Assembly (NCBI GenBank): GCA_951406725.2
Contig: OX597816.1
Location: 48,360,001 to 48,424,000, forward strand
Source: Octopus vulgaris
Lineage: Eukaryota
Direction: 5' to 3'
DNA length: 64,000 bases
Shown piece after piece: positions 1 through 14,044 of the stretch (the first letter of the stretch is position 1; each line of letters begins with the position of its first letter). Made by a program: the position numbers and the translations under genes. The notes below the pieces were generated by a model. It saw nothing but the letters and a program-made list of their open reading frames with translations. It was not told where the DNA came from and searched no databases.

Positions 1-195
1 TGGACACCCTAGAGAGAGAGAGAGAGGGAAGAGAGAGAAAGAGAGAGGAGAGAAAGAAAGCATCGTACCTCTCCCTCAATACTCATCTCTGTTACTCTTT
101 CTCTTCCTACTCTTCCTGTTTCACTTAACAGTTAGTTGCTATCACTGTCATTCTCGTATTATCAATTTTAATTACCCTCTCTCACTCTCTCTCTA

Positions 196-524
196 AAAAC
201 ACCATTCGAGCATGATTGGTACCTGCGTCGCCTTACTAGCACTTGTGCTGGTGGCACTTGAAAAAACATTTGAGCGAGGTCGTTGCCAGTGCTGCTGGAC
301 TGGCTCCTGTGCAGGTGACACATAAAAAGCACCATTTGAGCATGGCCATTGCCAGTACCACCTGATTGGCCCTTGTGCCGGTGGCATGTAAAAGCATCCA
401 CTACACTCTCGGAGTGGTTGCCAGATCAGATTGGAGTCTGGTGCAGCAATCTGGTTGGCCAGACCTCAGTCAAATCATGCAACCCATGCTAGCATGGAAA
501 GTGGACGTTAAACGATGATGATGA

Positions 525-527
<3 letters not shown>
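196..527 (+). mobile_element. RTE 3' UTR fragment
   Basis: UTR modules, cactacactctcggagtggttg, aacccatgctagcatggaaa, (GAT)n. Confidence 0.85.
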
Positions 528-582
<55 letters not shown>

Positions 583-1084
583 CACTACACCCTTTGTACT
601 GTCCCCTCTATTACTCTCTCCTCAACCACATAACTCTGTTCTTCCCATTATGTTTGCTTCTTTCACTGTTTCATCCTTGTGCAACTTGTTTTCTGCTGTT
701 ACCTTCATTTCAGTTTTTATTTTAGAATTATGGGTGAAGGACCTGAGTTTTGCAAGTGCTGGTGCCATGTTAAAATACACCCTGTACCCTTTATAAGGCA
801 TCCGGTGTACTGTGCAGTCACATTTGGTAGAGAGGACGTATTAGTCTTGCCAAGGGCATGGCAATCTCTCTGGTGCTAGTGCCATAGCATAATGCATTTG
901 GTACACTCTGTAAAGCAGCTGGTGTTAGGAAGGTCATCAAGCCATAGAAACCATGCCAAAAACTGGGATGTGTAAGCAAGGTGTCATCCTTTTATCTGTC
1001 TAGGAAAGCAGCAACTTCAAATAAGAACTGACTTACACTGTGTTGACTCATGGAACACATATAAGTATATAAAATACACATACA

Positions 1085-1275
1085 GGCATAGGAGTGGCTG
1101 TGTGGTAAGTAGCTTGCTTACCAACCATGTGGTTCTGGTTTCAGTCCCACTGTGTGGCACCTTGGGCAAGTGTCTTCTACTATAGCCTCGGGCCGACCAA
1201 TGCCTTGTGAGTGGATTTGGTAGACGGAAACTGAAAGAAGCCTGTCGTATGTATGTCTGTGTGTGTGTGTATATA

Positions 1276-1311
<36 letters not shown>

Positions 1312-1574
1312 TGTATGTATGTATGTATGTATGTATGTGTGTGTGTATATGCTTGTGTGTCTGTATTTGTCCCCACCCCAACATCACTTGACAACCGATG
1401 CTGGTGTGTTTGCATCCCCGAAACTTAGCAGTTCGGCAAAAGAGGTCGATAGAATAAGTACTAGGCTTACAAAGAATAAGTTCTGGGGTTGATTTGCTCG
1501 ACTAAAGGCAGTACTCCAGCATGGCCACAGTCAAATGACTGAAACATGTAAAACAATAAAACAATAAAACAATA
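1085..1574 (+). mobile_element. tRNA-derived SINE family A (internal microsatellite)
   Basis: A box tggctgtgtggtaag, B box ggtttcagtccc, CORE-like accttgggcaagt, internal (TATG)n, 3' cagtc-aaat-gactg hairpin and short-repeat tail. Confidence 0.9.
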
Positions 1575-3124
1575 CAAATGATGATGTTGATGTTGGTAAT
1601 GTTATATTTTATTTACTTCCCTTTTGGAGGAGGTAGCAGTTGATTATATTGTTGCTAGTTCTTGAACGGTACTTTATTTTATCAAGCTTTAAAAGGATGA
1701 AAAGCAAAGTTCACATTGATGGGATTTGAACACAGAACATTGAGAGCTCGAACAAATAAGACAAGACAGTTTAACTGATGCTCTAATGATTCTGCCAATT
1801 CACTGTTTAAATAGTAATAATACTTATAATAGCTTTGTTGATGATGATGACGACAATGTTGATGATGGTGATGATGATGATGAGGAGGAGGCGGAGGAGA
1901 AGGATGGGTTCTTTTATCACTAATAATAATGATTTCTATGCAATGATAATGATAGTATGAGTGATGATGATGATGATAATAATAATAATAATAATAAAAA
2001 TAATGAAACGTAAAAATAGCATGTAATTATATTGATTTGAAATGATTACGAAGACAATAGCTAAAATAACAGCAACATAAACACATCTGTTGTAAAGGAA
2101 CAAAATGCAGAACAATAACAGAAGACCGACGATAACCTTTTGTTGTCTCAAATAAACCAATTGAATTTCTTCTTTCTCCTTAGTTGCGTTCCGGTGATAG
2201 TAAACTCTGAATACGACTTAACCTTGACTGGCTGTTTTAAAATGATTACATGATTTATATGGTTATTTGGTTTAGACGCAAATTCATTCTCTTTATTTAT
2301 TTACATATACACACACATATATATATATATACATTTGTCAACAATTGCGTTCTTTCAGTAGTCTGTTTGTTGCCAACATACACGTCAGAAATGCGGAGAG
2401 TTTCCTTCATTTCTTTCTATTAGGTTACATATTTCAAACAATTTTTCTCTACTCATGCTGCGTAACTTTAGAAACCTTTCTGACACCAAATTATAAGATA
2501 GATAATTGGGTAATTTTACTTCATATTTTTATGCTTTCCTCTTCTCTGTAACGTTTTGTTGTCGCTATTGTTGTGTTGATGTTGTTGTTGTTATTATTAT
2601 TATCATTATTATTATTATTATTATTATTACTATTATTATTATTATTATTATCATTATTATTATTATTGCTGCTACATAGATTCCAGCGTTTTTGTTCTCT
2701 TCCTGTTATATATTCAGTCTCTTAGGCAGTACAACAATTCTGCTCTGCTAAACTATGTTCAGAGGAATTCATAGAATGCAAAAATAGATGGCAAAATCAG
2801 TGTGTTGTGAGGTGGTGGAATTTGTTGGAGAATGAGACAATTTAGAAACGTGGATTTAGTGCCCTAAGCTAGGCACATAACTGACTATACTTGCTGCAGT
2901 ATACCTGACTGATGGAAAACAGCCCCCACAAATTCATATGTTATGGTTGAGTTAGTTGGGCACCCAGCTGTGACAACAAATGCTTGGATAAAATCCCATT
3001 CCGCTTGTGCAAGCTTGGATAAACAATTATTTAAAACCCATAAATATATGAGGACCTGAACGAGTAAGGATTGAAAGTAGGAAGGGAATTATTTTATAGA
3101 AGTGGGAGAATGAGCAGAATGGGT

Positions 3125-3542
3125 TACTCTTTTACTCTCTTTTACTTGTTTCAGTCACTTGACTGTGGCCATGCTCGAGCACCGCCTTTAGTTGAGCAAA
3201 TCGACCCCAGGACTTATTCTTTGTGAACCTAGTACTTATTCTATCGGACTCTTTTGCCAAACTGCTAAGTTTTGGGGACGCAAACACACCAGCATTGGTC
3301 GTCAAGCGATGCTGGGTGGACAAAGACAGACACACTAACCCCCCCCCCCCACACACACACACACAGACATACATATATACGACAGGCTTCTTTCAATTTC
3401 CATCTACCAAATCCACTCGCGAGGCTTTGGTCGGCCCGAGGCTATAGTAGAAAACACTTGACCAAGTTTCCACGCAGTGGGACTGAACCCGGAACCATGT
3501 GGTTGGTAAGCAAGCTACTTACCACACAGCCACTCCTCTGCC
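3125..3542 (-). mobile_element. SINE family A
   Basis: Reverse complement of 1085-1574. Confidence 0.9.
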
Positions 3543-4035
3543 TTCTTTATAGATGAAAAAAGATAGCTATCGACAGTTTCTGTATTTACTTTTGTCTCAC
3601 TGAGCTCAAATCTTGATGGTGTTTTGAGAAAGCGAATATTAAGTCTACAATGTAAATGGACACCATAAAGTTAGCATTTTCTTCTACAACTCTTAGTGCT
3701 TTTACTTCACTTTAATAAAGATGATAACTATAACCTGAAGTGTTAGATCTTCTGTTCCTATCATTTGGTGTATTTACTTCCAATGTACACATTCTTTGAT
3801 ATTGTTTACATTTCATATTTTCATGATTTTTCCACCATGTGTTTCGATAGTCTGACTTTGTGTATTATCTATTTATACATAAGTCATCTCCTTACCTCAT
3901 AATCTTTTTCGTTCACTTCAATTTTTTTTTTTTTTTTTTTTGTTATCTACCAACAATATATTCAGATTAATTCAATTGATTATACTGCTCACAAAAAACC
4001 TCTCCTTTTCATCATCGTCATCATCATCTTCATCG

Positions 4036-4070
<35 letters not shown>

Positions 4071-4309
4071 GTCATCATCATTTTAATACCATCTTTTTCA
4101 TGCTTGCATGGGTTGGATGGAATTTGTTGAGGTACACTTCCCACAGCTGGATGCCCTTTCCATTCTGTTATCAACCCTAATTGGGCCCTAAGCAAACCTC
4201 AATCAGACAAGTCATTACTTCAACAAGTCATTACTGGTCTTTTTATGTTGGTGCCATGTCTGGGAGAAAGGGCAGTGCCCACATGCTTTAGAAATGCCTT
4301 GAGAAAGGT

Positions 4310-4615
4310 GAGACTGATATTAATGTTCTGTTTAAACTGTTGCAAGTTGACACTTCAAGAAAGACATGAGCAGATGTAGAATTCCAGAGACAGCTGACCT
4401 TCAAAAGAAGAAGGACTGGAGAAAAATGATTAGTGCAGGCTCAAGGTTTGGCTGGACTCAACATAAAAGATGAGGGAAGGAGAAATTTATAAGTCAGGAG
4501 TGCTTGTGAGGGAATAGCACAAGTCCAACCAACTACAAAAGCTGAGGTCATAATTGATTTGACAGTAATGAGAAAGAGAGGAAACAGTTTGCTGGTTGAC
4601 TAGAGGATGGAGCAT
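4310..4615 (-). mobile_element. Very decayed 3' end of an APE-type LINE ORF2 (CR1/L2/Jockey group)
   Basis: Minus strand shows remnants like TNH..S....LWNS..HVF typical of LINE C-termini. Confidence 0.35.
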
Positions 4616-4619
4616 GTTT

Positions 4620-6225
4620 GTGAGTGATTACAGGCCAAATCAGTCATTCAAAAATTTCTGAAGGACCCATATGGGTTTACTAAGAAGTTGTTCACTGAGC
4701 TGAAGAGTGGCACTTTATTGTGCATGAAAGAAGAATTGGATGGTCATATTAAAGAAACCTACAGCAATCCACACTGTAACAGCCACTGCCACCTTTCAAA
4801 TGGTATAAAGCATCTCTTAGAACCTGATATCAAATTTCAAATTGAGGACATCAGGGAGAAGTAAATGATATTGTGAGAAAAGCTAGAGCCCCAGGAGGTA
4901 ATTTTGTCTCCTATAAAATTTACAAATATTGCAATCTTCTGTGAAAGAAGCTCTTTGCCCTTCTCTGAAAGCTGTAGCATGAAGAGACTCTAGTAGAGGA
5001 TTGGTGTAAGGTAGAAGGCATATACTTGCCAAAGGAGGCCAATGCAGAGACTATAAAACAGTTTAGGCTGATATTCTTATTGAATGTGGAAGGCAAGATC
5101 TTTATGGGAATTCTTTCAAGGAGAACAGTGACATATTTACAGAGTAATGGATATGTTGATGAATCTGTTCAAAAGGCCAGGTTCTCTGAGATTCCTGGAT
5201 GTGTTGAACACTGTTTTTCAATTTGGAAAGTGATCCAGGATGCCAAACAGAACAAGAGAAGTCTGAACATGGTATGGCTTGACTTAGCTAATACATATAG
5301 CTCAGTGCCACACTATTTACTGATGCGAGCCATGGAGCATTTCCACATTCTAGACAAAGTAACCAAAATAATGAGGGTGTATTATGACAGTTTCGAGATG
5401 ATGTTTACAGCTGGAGATTTTACAATAGATTGGCATTGCTGCTGGATTTACAATATCTGTCACGTGGTTTATCTTAGCATGGAGGGGATTTTGAAAGCTG
5501 TGGATTTTTTGGAACAAATCACCCATGTACAATTGCCTAAGAAAGACTTCATGGATGATGTGACACTTCTATGTACAGATAAACAAATCATGCAGAATAC
5601 CCTCTTGAGACTAGATGAGCTTGTGAGGTGGTCAAGGATGCAGTTTAGCGCAAAAAAGTCACATAGTCTGACATTTTTTAAGGGATTGCAGAAAGAATTT
5701 AAGTTTTGAATAGCTGAAGAAAGCACTCCAACAGTCAAAGAAGGTCAAGAGCTTGGGGTGAGTATATACTGAAACATTGTCAGGTAGGAGTCACAGAATG
5801 GAAATTATGAAACAAGCCGAGGTTGGATTATCAGCAATTGATAACTCAATAGCATCAAAATGAGGGATGTAGAGAGAAGAGAGCTTCATTTGATCCAATG
5901 TATTCAACAAGGACAGATGATGAGATGGGAGGAGCATGTTGAGAGGAAAATAAGTTGGGATGAGATATGGAGGTGGACCACATCTCAGCTAAGTTTTCTG
6001 ATTTGTTCATCCTATGATGTTTTGCCATCACCTACAAATCTAGTAAGATGGAACATTTCAAAGAATGATATATGCAAATGTGGAAAGGTCAGAACACTGA
6101 AACATATTCTTTCCAACTGTTCATTAGCATTGAAAAGGTATACGTGGAGACACAACCTGGTCCTTAAGGTTATCTTCAGTGCTATAAAGAACCAAATTGA
6201 TCTCAACAACTATGGTGGCAAATAA
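4620..6225 (+). mobile_element. Degenerate HERO-like (R2 superfamily) non-LTR retrotransposon: RT plus CCHC zinc knuckle
   Basis: FLKDPYGFTKKLF, FRLIFLLNVEGKIF, IPGCVEH, WLDLANTYSSVPH, FMDDVT, then SYDVLPSPTNLVRW and CKCGKVRTLKHILSNC..YTWRHNLVLK. Stops, frameshifts and an internal deletion near 5850; REL domain absent. Confidence 0.85.
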
Positions 6226-7399
6226 ATGAAATCATTATCAAGGATATGATGCAATGAAATCCAAAAACCTAGTCATCAGTGATGCAACAACAACAATAAT
6301 AATGATCCTTTCTACTACAGACACAGGACCTGAAATTGAGGTATTTTATTGACCTTGGAGGAGTTAAAGGCAAAGTTGACCTCAGGGAAATATTATATGG
6401 CATTTTGCCTGATGCTCTAAAGATTTTGCCAACTTAAATCACTAATTTAGACACAAGGCCAATAATTTTAAGGGGAAATAATTCTTGTGTCAGCTAGAAA
6501 TGTTTTGTGGGATAAGGCAATTGTTGATTACGTAGGCTCCAATGAACCCCAAGAGGATAAGAGGCAAAGTTTGTTTTGGTAAGTTTTGAACTCGGTGATT
6601 TTTAACTTTGGTATGAGACTACATATTTATAGGAAAAGGATGAAATCAACTCCAGCATCAGTTTGAAACTTTTTGTTTTTTTTATATTGACTCTGATGGT
6701 CTAAAAGACAAAGTTGATCTCGGTGAGATTTCAACATAAGGAATGAAAAGTGAAGAATATGTGGATATCGGAAAAGAATGGCTTACAGGCAGACAGAAGA
6801 CAAAAGACATGAAAATGAAAGAAATGATAACCAGGTGGTATTGAATGCACAAACAAAAAAAAAAACCAAAACAAAACAAACAGACACAGAAAACAAGAAA
6901 CTGCTCAGTTATAAACCAAAAGAACAACAATTAAGGGAGAGAGTATTAAACGCTTCGTGACTTTGGCGAAGGAATAAAAGGAAAGTTGAGTGGCGGTAGG
7001 AGTGGTAGGAATTGGAAATGGTTAAAGAAGACATGAATGGAAAAGAAGAAGGAAAAAAAAAACAATAACTCATTAATTAGATATAAGTTTTAAAAAATTG
7101 TGGAATAGCTGTTCAACTGTTTGTTTGTAAGATTATTGCTGGTGGTTGGAGAGGTTGAGAGAGAGGAGGAGGAGAACAAGAGTAAAAGAGGGAGTGACCA
7201 AGAGAGAGAGAAAGTGTGTGTGTGTGAATGTGAAATGTTAAGATAAACATCTTGAGACCTCTTAGAGATTATTGGTTTACAATGTTTCTTGGTTGAAAAG
7301 AAAAGTATCACAATATTATATTGCCAATAGCTGTCTGAAACAAACAATGATTTCTGACTTTGGTGCAAGACCTCAACAAATGTTTGCAGTTTGATAACA

Positions 7400-8268
7400 T
7401 CAATTAAATCAGTCTCAATACTGGTATTTGACTGGTATTTCTTTTCTCGACCCTAGGTTGGATGACTGGCATAGTTGACCTGAGTGTAATATGAAGTCAG
7501 AGCATAATGAGTTGATTTCTAACATCACCCCTGGTGCTCAACTAATACATATTTTATTGATCCTGAAAAGATGAAAGGCATAAACTTGGAAGAAATGCCA
7601 CTTGGGTTGCTAATGGTTCTGCCAGCTTGCCATGTTTGTACAATAATGATAGCCCTTTCTGCTGTAGGCACAAGGCCTGAAATGCAGGGTGATAGGGCTG
7701 GTTGATTACATCGACTCCAGTGATCAAATGGTATAATTTCATCAACTCTGAGAGGATGAAAGACAAATTTGAACTCAAAATGTAAAGGTGTGTGAAGCAT
7801 TTAAAAAAAGAAGCTGGTTCTTTCAGCTTGCTCTCATAATAATAATAATAATGACTTCAAATTTTGGCATAAGGGCAGAGTAAATCAATGAAATTGACCC
7901 TCAGAGCCCAATTGGTATTTATCTTATCGACCCCAAAAGGATGAAATGCAAAGTTGACCTCGGCGGAATTTGAACTCAGAACGTAACGGCAGATGAAATA
8001 CCGCTAAGCATTTCACCAGGCGTGCTAATGTTTCTTATTTCTTTGCTGCCCACAAGGGGCTAAACATAGAGGAGACAAACAAGGACAGACAAAGGGATTA
8101 AGTTGATTACATCAACCCCAGTGCATAACTGATGCTTAATTTATCGATCCAGAAAGGATGAAAGGCAAAGTCGACCCCAGTAGATTTTGAACTCAGAATG
8201 TAAAGACGGAAGAAATACCACTAAGCATTCCACCCAGTATGCTAATGATTCTGCCAGCTTGCTGCCTT
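7400..8268 (-). mobile_element. Tandem cluster of SINE family B (Nin/Deu-like domain)
   Basis: Repeated cgacccc.aaaggatgaaaggcaaagtcgacc..gaatttgaactcagaa; the sense strand has a B box (gttcaaattc) and gcctttcatcctttcggggtcgataaa..agtacc. Confidence 0.85.
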
Positions 8269-8835
8269 TATAATAATAATAATAATGATATTAATTTCAA
8301 TAATTCCCTGCATAAGCACAAGACCTCAAATTTAGATGAAAGGGACAGTTGATTATGTGAACTCCTGTTCTTGTACTTTATTTTACAAACTGATAATAAC
8401 AGAAACAATTTTCATTTTGCCTTAATGAGAAGGTAAATGTATAATAGTATTATTAAATAACAACTCATCAATAACTGGCTATTAAGATATGGGAGAGGTG
8501 ATAAAAGCAATTTCCTATTCGTAGGAAAATAAATTTCTTTGTTTTCCAGCTGTGAAGTTTATATATATATATATAGTATGTCATTGGCTAGACCAACCTT
8601 ACTGATGTATTAGTAACATCAATGATATACTATAGCATTAAGGTTAGAATGCTAAGTCACAAACCACATGTAGGAACTAAATAAGTGAGTGATTGTCCAT
8701 CTTCATTGTCATCTTCATCATCATTGTCACTATAAATCATCATTGTTTAAGATTCCTTTTTCCCTTGTAACATGGGTTATTTAGTTTGATAGGAATTAAT
8801 GAGCTAGAGGACTGCGCTGACCTTTAATGTCTACC

Positions 8836-9441
8836 TCTGGTGATATGCTGTGACTGCGAAGACCCGACAAATGAAGTGAGTTCATGGCTTGCAGGACAAC
8901 CTGCTGTGCTAACCTTGGATTGTAGGGCGACCTGCTGTGCTTGAGGAGACCTATTGAATCAAGTACATCAACATCAAAATAAAAATCAAATGGAAATTGT
9001 AGTTGTGAAACCTGTGCTGGTGGCACATAAAAAGAACCATCTGAATGTGGCCTATGCCAGCGCTGCCTTGACTGGCGTCTGTGCCGGTGTCACACGAAAA
9101 GCACCAACTGATTGTGGCCATTGCCAGCCTCCTCTGGCCCCTGTGCTGGTGGCACATAAAAAGAACCATCTGAATGTGGCCTATGCCAGCGCTGCCTTGA
9201 CTGGCGTCCGTGCCGGTGGCACATAAAAAGCACCAACTGATCGTGGCCCCTGTGCTGGTGGCATTTAAAAAGCACCCACTACACTTACAAAGTGGTTGGT
9301 GTTAGGAAGGGCATACAGCTGTAGAAACACTGCCAGATCAGACTGGAGCCTGGTGCAGCCTCCTGGCTTTCCAGACCCCGGTTGAATTGTCCAACCCATG
9401 CTAGCATGGAAAAACGGACGTTAAACGATGATGATGATGAT
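8836..9441 (+). mobile_element. RTE 3' end with five UTR modules, nested in an older minus-strand RTE tail
   Basis: gatatgctgtg..gaagacccgacaa ORF end, repeated gtgcYggtggcacataaaa units, aggaagggcat motif, (GAT)n. Confidence 0.85.
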
Positions 9442-9842
9442 TTGCATGGTTTCTACTGCCTGATACCCCTCCTAATGCCAGCGACTTTACAGGGTGTACT
9501 GTGTGCTTTTATATATTTATTCATTTTTTTGAGGCACCAGCACTAGTGAGGGGACCGAGTAGCTTGCAAAACAAGACCCACCAAAAGAGTTGGGTATAGT
9601 AAATGAATGAAGTGAAAAATCTAATAGAGAGACTGGAACAAACGTCTTGCCAAAAAGGTGAATACATGGTTTTTCCCTTCTGGAGAGAGAGGGGGAGAAA
9701 GAGGAAAAGAGAGATACAGAGAAAGAGAAAGATGGTGAAAGCATATCTTTGAGGTACAGGGTGAAAATAAAAGAGAGAATAGAAACAGTGGAACGAAATG
9801 GGTGGGTGAGTAGGTAAGTGTGTTAGAGCGTGGAAAAAGTGT

Positions 9843-10000
9843 GATGTGGCTGTGTGCCAAGAAGCTTGCTTCCCAATCACATGGTTCTAGGTTCAGCCCC
9901 ACTGCATGGCACCTCGGCCAAATGTCTTCTACCATAACCTATGGCTGATCAAAGCCTCATTAGTCAATTTGGGAGATGGAAACTGAAAGATGCCTGTCGC

Positions 10001-10032
<32 letters not shown>

Positions 10033-10252
10033 CTTTGTGCCTTTGTTTGTCCCCCACCACCACTTGACAGCTGGTGTTGGGGTGTTCACATTCCTGTAAC
10101 TTAGCAGCTCAGCTAAAGAGACCGATAAAATAAGTACCAAGTTTGAAAACGAAAATTCATGGGATCAACTTATTCAATTAGAAATTCTTCAAGCTGCTGC
10201 CCCAGCATGGCCACAGTCTAATAACTGAAGCAAGTAAAAGATAGAAGCTAAA
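9843..10252 (+). mobile_element. SINE family A (older)
   Basis: Same head, body and tail, diverged. Confidence 0.85.
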
Positions 10253-12870
10253 AATTGGTGATTGGGGTAGATGCAGTTTGGTGAAGAGAGTATGAAGGAG
10301 ACTGGAACGAGTTTAGGAAGAGGTCAAATCTGCTCTAGGTTTCTTATTGTTTAATTGGTTAGCACATATTCCATATTGCTACAGTTCAAGCTGGCTTTGT
10401 GAATATGTAATAGATTATAAGATTGTTTTATTTGCAAAAGAGTAGCATCTTTGGTGCGACGGGAGCAAGCCCTGATAAGTCTTTTTGAGTTTCTTAATGG
10501 CATTTACACATTTACATTATTGAATAAATTTTATATTGTACTCCTGTATCTAGTTTTGGCTTAGTCTACAAAAAGTTCTACTTTTAGAATTAACTACAGG
10601 TAAGGAATTAAGGTAAAAAAAAAGAAAAAATCCATTTATTGTTATAATACGGGAAATTGCCTTTATGGCAAATGCCACATGAGAAAATAAGTAAATGAAA
10701 ATAAATAAATAAATAAATAAATAAACCAGTAGGCTAATTTGCATATTAGTATAAGTTTGATAGCTGTCAGTTAATTCATTTGTAAGCCGAGTAGCATTTT
10801 CTCTGTAACTGTATACTGCAGCAATTTCAGGACAGCAGAAGGTTAAGCAGAGCTTGACAAAAGACTAATAAAGTCAGAAACTGCAGTTGTTCTAATGCCC
10901 ATGCTTTTTATTTTTATATTTTCTTTTCTTTTCTTTTTTTTTGTTGAAAACTTTGAGATGTACACCACCCTGCAAGATTAATTTCACTACAAGAGCATAT
11001 ACATTTCAAACATCTCAATGTGTTGTTGTATTGTGAAGGTCTACGCATGCCATATGTAGAAATTTGCAAAAAAACATATCATTACCACCTACAGTTAACA
11101 TGGATGAGATGGATGTAAACAGTAAAAAATTGCAATGTGGAAGCTGTGTAGTCAAAGTACATTTCCTGCTGCTGAAGCATTGCAACAGAAAATATATTGA
11201 ATGCAGTTATTTTCCTTGCTGTTTTCCTTTCTCATACGAACATCAAGAATGTTTATCTTGTCTTCTTTTCCTGCTGGGTCATCATAGCCTAATGTAAGCA
11301 CACAAATATTGCACTTTATAACTTCGACTTGCCAAATGTTGTGAACCAAAGAAAGAGACGGTACTGTTAGCGGAGTGAAAACCGCAGCTGTTCTCCGTTG
11401 TTATTGACAGAAACTAATCTACTCATTGCTCTTATCAATTTGGTATGATTAATTTAGCCCTGTGTCAACAACAGAACCGTGTTTTCATCTACATTGTTAT
11501 GGAACAACTAATTTTTGTTTTATCTTATGGTTGCCAACGTTGTTGTTTTAATTATCTTCAAGATTTTATTGTTTCTTAAGAGTGAGGTAATTTTAAACCT
11601 TTTACTTAATTGTTTATTAAAGAGACAAACAAACAAAATAAAGCTAAAATAATGAAGCAAAAAAAAAGCAAACAGAAAACAAATGCCAAGTGTTCTTTTC
11701 TTGGAGTATGTTTGTTTTACTAGTTCAACATTTTAAACAAAATTTATTTTCAATGTTTACTTTCTTTTTTTTTATATTAGTGATAATTAGTAATCATTAT
11801 ATTTCTCAATTGTGAATACTTAGCCAAGTTATTTTATTTACATTTTTTTTATTCCTCTTATGTTGATTGTTTTTAGTCTCTCCAGTCGATGAGTTTTTTC
11901 TTCTTTATCTTTAGTTTCTCAATTGTATTTTTTTCTTTCAGTCTTCCAAAAAAACATTAACACTTTTGATCTTTCTATTTGATGGAACCTATCCAATTAT
12001 ATCGTAGAAATAATTTCAGTGTTTATCTAGTATCTGTACAGAATAGATATTGGAAAGATACATAACAAGTTTTGATTATAGAATATGGAATGCTTGGTCA
12101 ATAATTCATTGCAAGTTTTGGTCCATTCTAGACATTAAAACCAAATAAAAAGTCATAATTTTTACTGGTTCAGATTACTGTTTTATTAAATATAAAGTAA
12201 TTTGCTTTTACTATTTTATACATCTGATCAGAACTTATGAGAGGGATGGTGAGGGAAGAAAGACAAAGTCAGATTTATACTTAAATGTTTTCTTCCTTTG
12301 TTTACTACCATCTTAATAGAGTCTGTCTCAATTATGTTTTCTCAAAAGAGAATGTGTTACAACTCTTGTCCTCCAGTTATAGGTTTCTTGATATCTCAGT
12401 TATGGTCTCCCAAGAACAAACAGCATCAGAAGTTTGATCTTTTAATCAAGTATGAATCTAAGCTTAAATATATCAGTTGGGCATATGCATCGCAATTACA
12501 TTACAATCATTCAATTTTCCTTAAACTGAGAACCTTTACAAAGAATGTTTGCTTAACACCATATTCTGAAATCATAACTTTATAGAATTTGGTTTTACAC
12601 TTGGTTTAGAAATCTCTTGTCTATGTATATTAAGAACCAGTTGATGAAAATGTTATTTGAGGACAGTTTTAGATATAGTTCTGTTGGTAAGTCACATAGA
12701 GTAAAATAACTGGTTTACAAATAATAAAAATATTTTATTGACAGAACAATGATTACAAAGGTATGATCATTGTCAGAGTTTTTAAAATTGGGGTTTAGCC
12801 AGAACATTGGTCCAGGTTCTTAAGAACCAAAGAGGAGCCCTCAAATATCTGATGAGCTCCTCTTCTCCTC

Positions 12871-12901
<31 letters not shown>

Positions 12902-13656
12902 CTTAAGTTTTTTTTTTTTTAATTTTGAAAGGCACTGCCTCTGGTATCCTGAAAGCAGTCTTACTCCACCTTGTAAAATTTATCTCAAAGACCCTGACTG
13001 TCATACTAAAACTGGATTTGAGCTTGTTAAGTTCTTAATAAAGTCAAAATTAAATTGTTGAATTCAAAAGTTGCTATTTAAAATGTCATCGACATATTTA
13101 AAATGTCAAGACTAAGTTGAAAAATTTAACCAAAGGAGTTTATGATATTGGTAAAATTCTTTACAAAGAATGCTTTCATTTGTAATATATTTTTTTATTG
13201 CTTATAGTTTGGGTTTTGGTCGAAGCTAACTTGGAGCATTTTGGCAACTTGGTTAGACAACAGTCAAAATAGTGGAACTGATCCTGTCAGGTAGAGAGGC
13301 TGGAACTAACTATTGAAAGAGAATTCCTCTCGGTATTTATAGTAGAATAAAATGTGCATTTATATGCATGTGCCATCTGTTTGTTAGCATATGAAGAGAT
13401 ACCTTGTGTGTGTCTTTGCACAGATGTTTAAGCATTGGTGACATGTATATATTTTTATATATGACAAGAAAATAGGGTTGGTTAACTAAAGAATTTGTAT
13501 GATATACATGTTTGTAAGATATATGTATACATGCACACACACCCACTCACACACTTCCACACACTTCATCAACATCATTATTTAATGCCCATGTTCCATG
13601 GTGGTATGGGTTTGGCATAAATACACACACACACGCGCGCGCGCACACACATATAC

Positions 13657-14007
13657 ATTAGAGAAGAACCACCATGTAGCAATTCAACAAGGATATAATT
13701 AAATTATCCCATATAGAAAAAAATTAAATATACGATAAAACATTTACCTAGAACTAAATAAAGCACAAAATAATAAATGAATAGTATATTACTAATTATA
13801 TACTCTTTTACTCTTCTACTTGTTTCAGTCATTTGACTGCAGCCATGCTGGAGCACTGCATTTTAGTCAAGCAAATCGACCCCAGGACTTATTCTTTGTA
13901 AGCCTAGTACTTATTCTATCGGTCTCTTTTGCCGAACCGCTAAGTAACGGTGACGTAAACATACCAGCATCGGTATTGGGGGGACAAACACAGACACACA
14001 AATACAC

Positions 14008-14044
<37 letters not shown>

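Noticed and set aside
1085-1160. tRNA genes at SINE heads
   Set aside because: A and B boxes present but no complete cloverleaf; they continue into SINE bodies in many copies.
2184-2210. Exon candidate after ctttctccttAG (also 22704 and 24493)
   Set aside because: Early stops in phase 0, no good donor and no similarity to RRM sequence.
12774-12996. hAT-like MITE (CAGAGTTTTT..AAAGACCCTG)
   Set aside because: TIR short and imperfect, and no clear 8-bp TSD.
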